This document shows positions 53,338 through 64,000 of a stretch of DNA of 64,000 bases, in pieces. Under the pieces are notes generated by a model. That model ran no database searches and was not told where the DNA came from. It saw only the letters and a program-made list of their open reading frames with translations. This DNA is from Octopus vulgaris. Lineage: Eukaryota. The position numbers and the translations under genes are program-made. The stretch's first letter is position 1. The number at the start of each line of letters is the position of its first letter. The stretch covers positions 66,278,001 through 66,342,000 of the forward strand of contig OX597830.1 of NCBI GenBank assembly GCA_951406725.2. Reading direction: 5' to 3'.

Positions 53338-53720
53338 GAAGCACTCTGTCGGTTACGACAACGAGGGTTCCAGTTGATCTGAATCAACGGAACAGCCTGC
53401 TTGTGAAATTAACGTGTAAGTGGCTGAGCACTCCACAGACACGTGTACCCTTAACGTAGTTCTCGGGGATATTCAGCGTGACACAGAGAGTGACAAGGCC
53501 GGCCCTTTGAAATACAGGTACAACAGAAACAGGAAGTAAGAGTGAGAGAAAGTTGTGGTGAAAGAGTACAGCAGGGATCACCACCATCCCCTGCCGGAGC
53601 CTCGTAGAGCTTTAGGTGTTTTCGCTCAATAAACACTCACAACGCCCGGTCTGGGAATCGAAACCGCGATCCTATGACTGCGAGTCCGCTGCCCTAACCA
53701 CTGGGCCATTGCGCCTCCAC
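53338..53720 (-). mobile_element. SINE family D
   Basis: Near-identical reverse complement of 59961-60346. Confidence 0.9.
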
Positions 53721-54387
53721 TCTTACTTATTTTATAAACTAAATGAAATGATTCACTGACCAATTCCATATCTCAGAATAAGACACCTAATGATGGCTGG
53801 AGATCCAATTGATGAAAACTTAGCATGGATGTAACAATTAAAGAAATGCTCTTGTCCAGAGATTATCAAGATTATATTAATAGTAAATGGACTGTATTTT
53901 GTGTTGTGGACAATGCATTTCTCTTTTGTAAAAGTTGAACCACCTTGGTGCAGTGCAAAGATGCTTAGTTGTCTCTTTTGTCTTTTACTTATTTCTGTCG
54001 TTGGACTACAGGCCATGCTGGAGCATCACCTTGAAGGGTTTTAGGTGCACAAATAGGCCTCATTACTTATTTTTCTCTTTTTAAACATGGTACTTATTCC
54101 ATCAGTTTCTTCCGCTGAACTGTGAAGCTGTAAGGATGTAAACTTACCAACACCAGTTGTCAAGCAAAGGTGTCAAGAGAGAAAAACAAAGATGCATGCA
54201 CACACACACACACAAACCAACACACACACATGCATACACACACACACACACACACACAGGTACAGAATGGGCTTCTACACAGTTTCTGTTTATCAAATTC
54301 ATTCACAAGACATTGCTTGGCCGAAGGCTATATTTAGAGACACTTGCTCAAGTTGTCACACAACAGGCCTAAATTCAAAACCATGTA

Positions 54388-54620
54388 AGGTGGCGAGCTG
54401 GCAGAAACGTTAGCATGCCGGGCGAAATGCTTAGCAGTATTTCGTCTGCTGTTACGTTCTGAGTTCAAATTCCGCCGAGGCCGACTTTGCCTTTCATCCT
54501 TTCAGGGTCGATAAATTAAGTACCAATTATGAACTTGGATTGATATAATCGACTTAATCCCTTTGTCTGTCCTTGTTTGTCCTCTCTATGTTTAGCCCCT
54601 TGTGGGCAATAAAGAAATAA
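54388..54620 (+). mobile_element. SINE family B
   Basis: Full copy. Confidence 0.9.
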
Positions 54621-54627
54621 TAAATAA

Positions 54628-55050
54628 AGCGCAGGAGTGGCTGTGAGGTAAGTAGCTTGTTTACCAACCACATGGTTCTGGGTTCAGTCCCACTGCGTGG
54701 TACCTTGGGCAAGTATCTTCTGCTATAGCCTCGGGCCGACTAAAGCTTTGTGAGTGGATTTGGTAGACGGAAACTGAAAGAAGTCTGTCGTATATATGTA
54801 TATATATGTATACGTATGTATATATATGTGTGTGCGTGTATGTTTGTGTTTGTCTCCCTAGCATTGCTTGACAACCGATGCTGGTGTGTTTATGTCCCCG
54901 TTACTTAGCGGTTCGGCAAAAGAGACCGATAGAATAAGTACTGGGCTTACAAAAAGAATAAGTCCCAGGGTCGAGTTGCTCGATTAAAGGCGGTGCTCCA
55001 GCATGGCCGCAGTCAAATAACTGAAAGAAGTAAAAAGAGTAAAAAGAGTA
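54628..55050 (+). mobile_element. SINE family A
   Basis: Full-length; shares diagnostic bases with 57006-57450. Confidence 0.9.
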
Positions 55051-55473
55051 AATTCGAAACCATGTGGTTGTAAAGCCAACTTCTTAACCACACAGCTACG
55101 CCTGCACCCAATTCTACTCTAACTTCATTTATTCCTACCAGAATTTTAGGTACCAAATGCACTGAGATTCAATAGTAGAAAGTGCTAAGAGAAGACTTAC
55201 AGAACAGATATGCTAAACACTTATCTTCGATTGGATTGTGCTTTGCCAAAAGTATGTTGAAACTAAATGTAATTCACCAGGTTGTTGAGAACTCTTATAT
55301 CTGAGATGTCATAAAATGAAATTTAAAGTTTGGCTCTGTGTCTATGTATATTACAAATCAATGCTTTTTGCTGTCGGCAGCTTTATGGAATCGGAGGAAG
55401 TACTTGATGTATCTTCTACTTCTCTTAGCTCCTACTGTATCTCACATTTTAAATTCCATACCAAATATTTTCT

Positions 55474-55700
55474 TTAACCCTTTAGTGTTCAGATTATTCT
55501 ATCAAACATAATGCTTATTGATTCCCATTGATTTGAATTAATCATGCATTATGTCATAGCTTCAAGATCTTGATGGTGTAATTACTTAATGTAGAATAAC
55601 ATTGTAGGGTAGGTGTGAGAGCCTGGATCTGATCAGTTTGAACATAAAACAGATTAGCTATTTTGGCCGGATATGGCCGGTTTAAATACTAAAGGGTTAA
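55474..55700. mobile_element. piggyBac-like MITE (opposite orientation)
   Basis: TTAA TSD and CCCTTTAG TIR; reverse complement of 44743-44969. Confidence 0.85.
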
Positions 55701-56103
55701 ATTTTCCTTTTTTTGCCAGAGTGTAATAATATAAATATGAAATTTAGTTACATAGGTATACTCTTTTATTCTTTTACTTGTTTCAGTTATTCGACTGTGG
55801 CCATGCTGGAGTGCTGCCTTTAGTCAAACAAATCAACTCCGGGACTTATTCTTTGTAAGCCTAGTACTCATTCTATCAATCTCTTTTGCTGAACCGTTAA
55901 GTTATGGGGACGTAAACACCCCAACATCGGTTGTCAAGTGATGGTGGGTGGGACAAATACCCAAACATTTACATACATCCATATATATATATATTTATAT
56001 ATATGTATGTATATATATATATTTATATATTGTGACCGTGTGTGCACCGTTGGCGATTTTTTTTTCCTCTGTCTTCCCTTCTCTGGATCTTTCCTTGTCT
56101 TAT

Positions 56104-56138
56104 GTTTCCGACAAAGAGCTCTGCTCGAAACGTTAAGC
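56104..56138 (+). ncRNA. Third copy of the CCGACGA-family hammerhead-like motif
   Basis: gttt-CCGACAA-a-gagc(tct)gctc-GAAA-cg-TT-aagc, inside a (TA)n-flanked element at 56030-56233. Confidence 0.55.
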
Positions 56139-56233
56139 CCTCCTTTCCTTCTTTCCTGAGTGTCCAATAATACTATATTTGTTCCACGTCCTCGCGTTGT
56201 TGTGTTTTTTTGTGCTTTCTTGTTTGGATTAAC

Positions 56234-56314
<81 letters not shown>

Positions 56315-57005
56315 CACACACACACACACACACATATATATACTCTTGGGTTGACCAAAACCTGAGTGGATTTGGTAGATGGAAACTGAAAGAAGCTTAT
56401 CCTATATGTCTGTCTGTGTGTGTGTGTGTGTGTCTTTGTGCCTGTGTTTGTCACCCCATCATCGCTTGACAACCAGTGCTGGTGTGTTTACACCCCCATA
56501 GTTTAGCAGTTTGCCAAAGAGCTCAATAAAATAAGTCCGGGGATTGAACTGTTCAACAAAAACACTTCAAGGCTGTGCCCCAGCATAGCCACAGTCAAAT
56601 GACGGAAAGAAAAAAAGCAACAAAAGAATATAATACACACATAAACACAGCAAATTCCTGTAATAATGGACAAAGAAATAACAGTTAAAAGAATACCTTC
56701 TTGTCCTGGTCCCTTTATGCTTTGAGTATATATCTGTTGGAATCAAGGCACAAGAGAAATTAATGTGTACCAAGTAATTAATATTTACATAAAAGGTTAA
56801 TTGCCTAAAATACTGTAGCAATTAATAATTATACTTTTTATACATTTAGTATGCATACACTTCTGTCTAAGCGTATGATTTTGATGCATACAAATGTGTA
56901 CTATAAATTATTGTGGGAGTATTAGCATCCTTATGTATTATACGAAAAAAGGGTGGATTTGTTAGTTTTATTACAATTGCTGTATAAAATGCATTGAACT
57001 GATTC

Positions 57006-57171
57006 AGGCGCAGGAGAGGCTGTGTGGTAAGTAGCTTGTCTACCAACCACATGGTTCCAGGTTCAGTCCCACTGCGTGGCACCTTGGGCAAGTGTCTTCT
57101 ACTATAGCCTCGGGCCGACCAAAGCCTTGTGAGTGGATTTGGTAGACGGAAACTGAAAGAAGCACGTCGTA

Positions 57172-57225
<54 letters not shown>

Positions 57226-57450
57226 TGTGTGTGTTTGTGTGTCTGTGTTTGTCCTCCTAGCATTGCTTGACAACCGATGCTGGTGTGTTTATGTCCCCGT
57301 TACTTAGCGGTTCGGCAAAAGAGACCAATAGAATAAGTACTGGGCTTACAAAAGAATAAGTCCCAGGGTCGAGTTGCTCGATTAAAGGCGGTGTTCCAGC
57401 ATGGCCGCAGTCAAATGACTGAAACAAGTAAAAAGAGTAAAAAAAGAGAG
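57006..57450 (+). mobile_element. SINE family A
   Basis: Full-length homologue. Confidence 0.9.
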
Positions 57451-57870
57451 TATATATCCCAAGTGAAATATGTACCCTAAATGCAAACTAAAATAGATTT
57501 AGAAATAACCCTGATCTTCACTTGCGTAGGTTGCAAAAGTGCAGCGACTCCAAAGTCAATATAAAAATCAAACATTCATATTTTTTCATGAAAAAACAAT
57601 GTGATTCATACATGAATAAATATAGTATGTGTGTCTGTGTGTGTGTTAGATTGTGTGTGTATATATATATATTATATGTAAAGGAATTAGAAACGGAAAG
57701 TACTTGGTGCAGTATTTAGGAACATGAATAAGAATAACTTGAATGAATTCTCTGATAATTTTTTCCTGCTTCGGTAATTAGATGTTTACAAATTATTAAA
57801 TACATTTAACGATTTTTAAGCATCTAATTATTAAAGTGGAAAAAAAAATTGATCAGAGAAGTCATTCTCA

Positions 57871-57921
<51 letters not shown>

Positions 57922-57977
57922 GATAGATTGTTAGTCACTACACACGTTGTTTTTCTCTCCTTGTTTTTTCTGTGTCC

Positions 57978-58013
57978 CTTTCTGTAGAAGAGCATAGGCT
58001 CGAAACGTAAAAG
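57978..58013 (+). ncRNA. Hammerhead-like motif of the CTGTNGA family
   Basis: cttt-CTGTAGA-a-gagc(atag)gctc-GAAA-cg-TA-aaag, inside a (TA)n-flanked element at ~57920-58107. Confidence 0.55.
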
Positions 58014-58106
58014 ACTTTTTCTATTCCTGAGCGTTATACTAATACATCTGTTGTTTTGTACACCATCTGTCTTCATATTCTGTTTTTTTTTTTCTTAAAC
58101 TCTCCC

Positions 58107-58150
<44 letters not shown>

Positions 58151-58823
58151 TAATATATATATATAAATTATATGTATATATATATTATATGTATATATAT
58201 ATATATTATATGTATATAATTTGTATATATATATTATATATATATATTATATGTATATATATATATATACATACATATAATGTAATATATACACATATAT
58301 AATATATATATATATATGTATATGTGTAGTATATATACATATATAATATATATATATGCACATCATTATCATCATCATCCTCATTTAATGTGTTTCTCAT
58401 GCTGGCATGGGTTGCACAGCTTGGCAAGAGCTGAGAAGCCAGAGGACTGTGCCAAGCTCTGTGTCTGCTTTGGCAAGGTTTCTGTGGCTGGGTGCCCTTT
58501 CTAATGTCAGTTGCTTTACAGAATGCACTGGGACTGGGTGCTTTTCATTCATGATGCCAGTACCAGCATTGAGGTCACCGAGTATCTTTCAAGACAAAGG
58601 TACCACCACACATTGGGGGAAATGGCTTCGTGTCAGGTTAGGAGAGATTAAACTATGGCAAGAGGGACGGAAACAGATGTTTTGCTGAAGAGGAGACACA
58701 TGGCTATCACTTTTGAAGGAGAGAGAAAGTGGGTGAGAGAGTTGGTGGAGAAGATGTGTGATTAATTAAACAGAACGCATTACATTTGATAGTTTAATGT
58801 GAATGCTAAAGGGTTAAATAATA

Positions 58824-58963
58824 TGTGGCTGTGTGGTAAGTAGCTTGCTAACCAACCACACAGTTCCGGGTTCAGTCCCACTGCGTGGCACCTTGGGCAA
58901 GTGTCTTCTGCTATAGCCTTGTGAGTGGATTTGGTAGACGGAAACTGAAAGAAGCCTGTCGAA

Positions 58964-59022
<59 letters not shown>

Positions 59023-59232
59023 TTGTGTCTGTGTTTGTCCACCTAGCATTGCTTGACAACCGATGCTGGTGTGTTTACGTCCCCGTCATTAGTTTTTCGG
59101 CAAAAGAGACCGATAGAATAAGTACTGGGCTTACAAAGAATAAGTCCCGGGGTCAATTTGCTCGACTAAAGGCAGTGCTCCAGCATGGCCACAGTCTAAT
59201 GACTGAAACAAGTAAAAGAGAGTAAAAGAGAG
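58824..59232 (+). mobile_element. SINE family A
   Basis: Homologue with a small internal deletion. Confidence 0.9.
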
Positions 59233-59960
59233 TATCCATAGCTAATATAAAACAGCAAAAGATAAAAATAAGAATAAGGGAGTGATACATTCTTTTCCAT
59301 TCCATGAATAAAAAAGTAAAATGCTCTGAAAGAAATTCGTTTTGGGCCAAGATTATTTGTTTTATTTATTTCATTTGCTCTATCTTTTTTTGAGCACTCT
59401 CTCTGTAGATGTATGCTCTTTTCTACACTTTAAGTTTCCCTAAACAGTTTTTTTCTTCCCTATTATTTCCCCCTTTCTCTCCCTTTCGCTCTCTTTCTCT
59501 ACCTTTCAACCCTTTTATATCTCATTTTCATTTTCCATTATTTCCTTTAATTTCTCTGTTTTTTTTTTGTTTCTTCGCTAATTTTTAATTACTCACATCT
59601 GCTTCTTTCGTTTCATCTTCATCATACGTTTTTCTCTTTTGACATTTCTCAAACACTCATCTTTTTTTTGTGTGTGTCACTAATGAAAGAAGCTGCAGCC
59701 ACCACATATCATAGAAATATGATAGAAAAATCTAATGTCGCTATATAAGAACCATCAATATCATTTAATGTTATATTAACCATGCTTTATTGGTACCACA
59801 ATGTTTAGTTTTTTGTGTTGGGCCAAAAGCTCTCAAAATAAAAGGACCTTAGGATAATGAATCGGCTGTTATTTTGGCTATATATTCTATGGTAAACTTC
59901 TTAAGCTTCTGTCATTCTTTCAAGTTAGCCCAAAAGAGCAGATCGTATTATTTGCCATGT

Positions 59961-60346
59961 GGAGGCGCAATGGCCCAGTGGTTAGGGCAGTGGACTCGCG
60001 GTCATAGGATCGCGGTTTCGATTCCCAGACCGGGCGTTGTGAGTGTTTATTGAGCAAAAACACCTAAAGCTCCACGAGGCTCTGGCAGGGGATGGTGGCG
60101 ATCCCTGCTGTACTCTTTCACCACAACTTTCTCTCACTCTTACTTCCTGTTTCTGTTGTACCAGTATTTCAAAGGGCCGGCCTTGTCACTCTCTGTGTCA
60201 CGCTGAATATCCCCGAGAACTACGTTAAGGGTACACGTGTCTGTGGAGTGCCCAGCCACTTACATGTTAATTTCACGAGCAGGCTGTTCCGTTGATTCGG
60301 ATCAAACGGAACCCTCATCGTTGTAACCGACGGAGTGCTTCCATCC
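59961..60346 (+). mobile_element. SINE family D (tRNA-derived), full-length with a perfect 14-bp TSD
   Basis: A box tggcccagtgg, B box ggtttcgattcc; TSD attatttgccatgt at 59947-59960 and 60347-60360. Confidence 0.92.
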
Positions 60347-60594
60347 ATTATTTGCCATGTATAATCACTTGGGTTCAATGAGGTTAGCAGCGATTTGCAT
60401 TGGCAAAATGAATTCCATAAAAGCAAACAATGAAGTACGTTTGATTATAGCAAAGAACTGTTTAACATTTGGACGGAGATGTTTATCAAAGGCTCTGCTC
60501 CCAAAAAAAAACTAAGCACTTCCTTTCCTTTTGATAAAGTAACATAGTTTTTTGCCTTTACTCGTTGCTATACATGTGTGAGTTCATATGAAGT

Positions 60595-60961
60595 CAGTAG
60601 TAGTAGTAGTAGTAGTAGTAGTGGTTGTGGTGGCGGTGGTGGTGGTGGTGGTAGTAGTAGTAATGGCATTGGTAGTGGTAGTGGTGGTGGTGGTAGTGGT
60701 GATGGTGATGGTAGTAGTAATGGTGGTGGTGTAGTAGTGGTAGTAGTTGTAGTAATGGTGGTGGTGGTAGTGGTAATGGTGGTAGTGGTGATGGTGGTAG
60801 TGGTGATGGTGATGGTAGAAGTTGTAGTAATGGTGGTAGTTGTAGTAATGGTGGTGGTGGTAGTGGTGATGGTAGTAGTAGTAGTAGTAGTAGTAATGGT
60901 GGTGGTGGTGGTGGTAGTAGTAGTAGTAATGGTAGTGGTCGTAGTAGTAGTAGTAGTAGTA
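60595..60961. repeat. Degenerate (AGT/GGT)n trinucleotide tract
   Basis: Direct reading. Confidence 0.92.
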
Positions 60962-61416
60962 ACTCCCTTATATATTCAATATACTCTTTTACTCTCTTGT
61001 ATATTGTTTCAGTCATTGGACTGCAGCCATGCTGGAGCACCACTCTGTAGGGTTTTGTTGAGCTGAGTGCATCCTATGTCTGCTTGCAACTACTTAGGCT
61101 TGGGAATGATGGCCATCTACAGGATAAATAATCATACTAGGTATCTTTCTTCATTAAAGGAACTGAATTCTGCTCTAGGCAACGGCAAAGACCCCCTTCA
61201 GTCATGAACGACTATGGGATTGCACCTAGAAAGTTCCCCTCCAAGGCACATTTCTGGGCAAGGTTGTTTCTGAAAGACCAGCAGTCGCCCATGCATACCA
61301 GCTTCCCCTAAGGCCAATACAGCTTGAACCAGTGATGTCACAATTCATTTCTACAGCTGAGTGAACCAGAGCAACAGGAAATAAAGAGTCTTGCTCAAGA
61401 ACAGAACTCACAGCCC

Positions 61417-61899
61417 AATCAAGATCTGGTCATCAAATCTAAGTAGAGACTTCAAACTTGAAATATTCAAAGCCACAGTCGAACCAATTCTACTATATGG
61501 CTCAGAAACCTGGACGTTATCAAAGAAGCTTGAGAGGCGGTTGGATGGAACCTACACTCACCTCCTTATGAGAGCTCAAAATCTCTTGTGGAAGCGCCAT
61601 CCAACCAAAATGCAAATATATGGGAAACTACCACCTGTGTCATCTCTTGTGAAAGGTAAGAGAGTCCAGTTTGCTGGACATTGTTGTAGAGCTGAAAAAG
61701 AGGTAATTTCTATTCTTCTCCACTGGAAGCCATCTACTCGCAATACCAGAGGGCGCACACTCTCCTACCCTGATGTAATCTCCAGGGACACAGGCATCCA
61801 GCAACAGGACTTCCGTAATGCCATGATGGACTGTGAAGTCTGGCGTAGCATGGTAAATTCCATTGTCTCGACCATGGTCAAACAATGATGATGATGAAG
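61417..61899 (+). mobile_element. RTE-clade LINE 3' end, 5'-truncated, inserted in a SINE
   Basis: KIWSSNLSRDFKLEIFKATVEPILLYGSETWTL...FAGHC..R, (TGA)n tail, possible TSD aatcaa. Confidence 0.85.
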
Positions 61900-61940
61900 A
61901 ATCAAACTCACTAGCTCCTGATTGTGACTCTGACACTCTA

Positions 61941-62472
61941 ACCACTGAGCCATGCACCTTCACTTGAGCCCGATGTGCTAACCACTGAGCCATGTGCCTT
62001 CACTTGAGCCCGATGTGCTAACCACTGAGCCATGAGCCTTCACTTGAGTCCGATGTGCTAACCACTGAGCCATGAGCCTTCACTTGAGCCCGATGTGCTA
62101 ACCACCGAGCCATGAGCCTTCACTTGAGCCCGATGTGCTAACCACTGAGCCATGAGCCTTCACATAAGCCCGATGTGCTAACCACCGAGCCATGAGCCTT
62201 CACTTGAGCCCGATGTGCTAACCACCGAGCCATGAGCCTTCACTTGAGCCCGATGTGCTAACCACCGAGCCATGAGCCTTCACTTGAGCCCGATGTGCTA
62301 ACCACTGAGCCATGAGCCTTCACTTGAGCCCGATGTGCTAACCACTGAGCCATGAGCCTTCACTTGAGCCCGATGTGCTAACCACTGAGCCATGAGCCTT
62401 CACTTGAGCCCGATGTGCTAACCACTGAGCCATGAGCCCGATGTGCTAACCACTGAGCCATGAGCCTTCACT
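61941..62472. repeat. 40-bp minisatellite (12 full units plus deleted and partial units) derived from a SINE head
   Basis: Unit accactgagccatgagccttcacttgagcccgatgtgcta; minus strand carries the A-box-like TGGCTCAGTGG. Confidence 0.95.
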
Positions 62473-62994
62473 ATTCTGCTCTACACACCAGAGAAGTATT
62501 CCTCAATTCCACCAGATTGCTGCTGCTGCTACTTAAGATGGTAAATTATACCATCTGCTGGTTGGTACCTACTTAGATTTAAGTGGACTTGCCAATGGAC
62601 AAAACACAATCCTGATAGCAGAAAACACATTGCCGACTTGTTAGTAGTTTGCTATTATAGAGACTGGAGCCATTTGTAAGTTTGTTTGGTACCTTGTTAT
62701 GCCGATGGCTAGGTTTTAAAACGATAAGTTTGGGAAAATACTTTTAGCATCTCTCTCTGCTTTACAAATGATCAACACTATATTACTTATTTCAGAGTTA
62801 TTAGTTAGCTAGAAGTAAATGGAATTTTGTTTTTCTTTTTACTTTTATCTGCTGTTTATAATAAGAGAAAAGTGTTCTGTAATTTTTGTTTTTTTATAAA
62901 GGTCAGGTTGATTTTGCAATAAATTTTGAGTGTATTATTAAATGATTGAACATACAGGATAAGATACTTTAGTGTAGTTGCAAACTACTTTAGA

Positions 62995-63030
62995 GACTGT
63001 TTTTGAAATCATATATATATCTATGTGTAT

Positions 63031-63075
<45 letters not shown>

Positions 63076-63310
63076 AACACACACACACATCTGTACATAT
63101 ATGTATACATGTATGTGTATATATGTATGTATGTATGTATGTTTATACACACACATATATATGTATATATATATATATGTATATATATGTATATATATAT
63201 GTACATTGTACATATACATATCTATCTCTCTATATATATATATGTGTGTATGTATATATATATGTGTGTGTGTGTATATATATGTACATATACATGTCTA
63301 TACATATGTG

Positions 63311-63351
<41 letters not shown>

Positions 63352-63442
63352 GTATGTGTATATACACACACACGTACACACACACTTAATTACATACTCC
63401 ACTACTCCACACACACACACACACAAACACCTCACACACACC
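62995..63442. repeat. Compound CA/TA/TG low-complexity tract
   Basis: Direct reading. Confidence 0.92.
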
Positions 63443-64000
63443 AACTAGGTCAATTGAATAAGGCTCCTTCTATATAATTGCCAAAACAGCGCTGTCCATC
63501 TTCTTCCATTCAGCACAACAACTTTTCTATCTCTGAGGAAATAAGATCTCGAGCAATGTAATGAATGAATGTGTCAGCATGAAGATGAGATATAGAATAC
63601 TTTTGCAGTGATATTTAAGATCTCCTAATCAAACAAGGTCAGATTTTTTCATTCTTGGTCAGACACATAGTTCACCATTAGTATTCTATCTTATTGGTGG
63701 ACCTAAGTCATGATAATGATTGATATGTAGTGCAAAATCTGCTGATGACCTCTCAGACTATTTCTGCTGGAAAGAAACAGCAATCTGTTCACTCGTTCTG
63801 AGACAGTTCTCATGCAAGTGTAATCTTAGATATAGGTTATTGACTCGGTGTGGGATTAAACCTAGAATTTCTAGCTGTGATATTGAATTTAATGTCACTC
63901 TATTTGACTGCTTGTTTTAATAATTCTTAACTTGTGCATAAAGATTTTATTTGTAACGTAAGTTAGACAGTTCTATGAATTTATATGATTGTCAGAATTG

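Noticed and set aside
59961-60035. tRNA gene
   Set aside because: The tRNA-like head continues into a SINE body bounded by a TSD and is repeated in the window.
61941-62472. CRISPR-like regular array
   Set aside because: Units are contiguous and near-identical with no unique spacers, there are no cas genes, and the context is eukaryotic. It is a minisatellite.
63707-63790. C/D snoRNA or hammerhead around ctgatga
   Set aside because: Too short for a snoRNA with a poor box C, and no convincing stems for an HHR.

Overview
AT-rich, repeat-saturated eukaryotic DNA, most likely from an octopus/cephalopod (inferred from the SINE families and microsatellite load, not verified). No complete host protein-coding gene is visible, and almost all listed ORFs are microsatellite or SINE artefacts. 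The window holds: (1) a 5'-truncated but open Penelope-like retroelement (RT + Cys linker + GIY-YIG, Neptune-like) in a (TA)n tract, followed by CCAAT/TATA motifs and a hammerhead ribozyme (HHR); (2) about 15-17 minimal type-I hammerhead-like motifs from several sequence families, mostly in short non-coding elements beside (TA)n tracts, including a 132-bp palindrome with an HHR on each strand and several core variants; (3) at least five SINE families with swapped heads and tails; (4) decayed CR1-, RTE- and HERO/RLE-type LINE pieces, a Helitron remnant, a Helentron-like element, and piggyBac-, Tc1/mariner-, hAT- and Merlin-like MITEs, often nested; (5) a 40-bp minisatellite built from a SINE A-box; (6) two SINE-poor, CpG-retaining zones with E2F-like sites and candidate non-coding exons. 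All calls were made by eye; family names need database confirmation.
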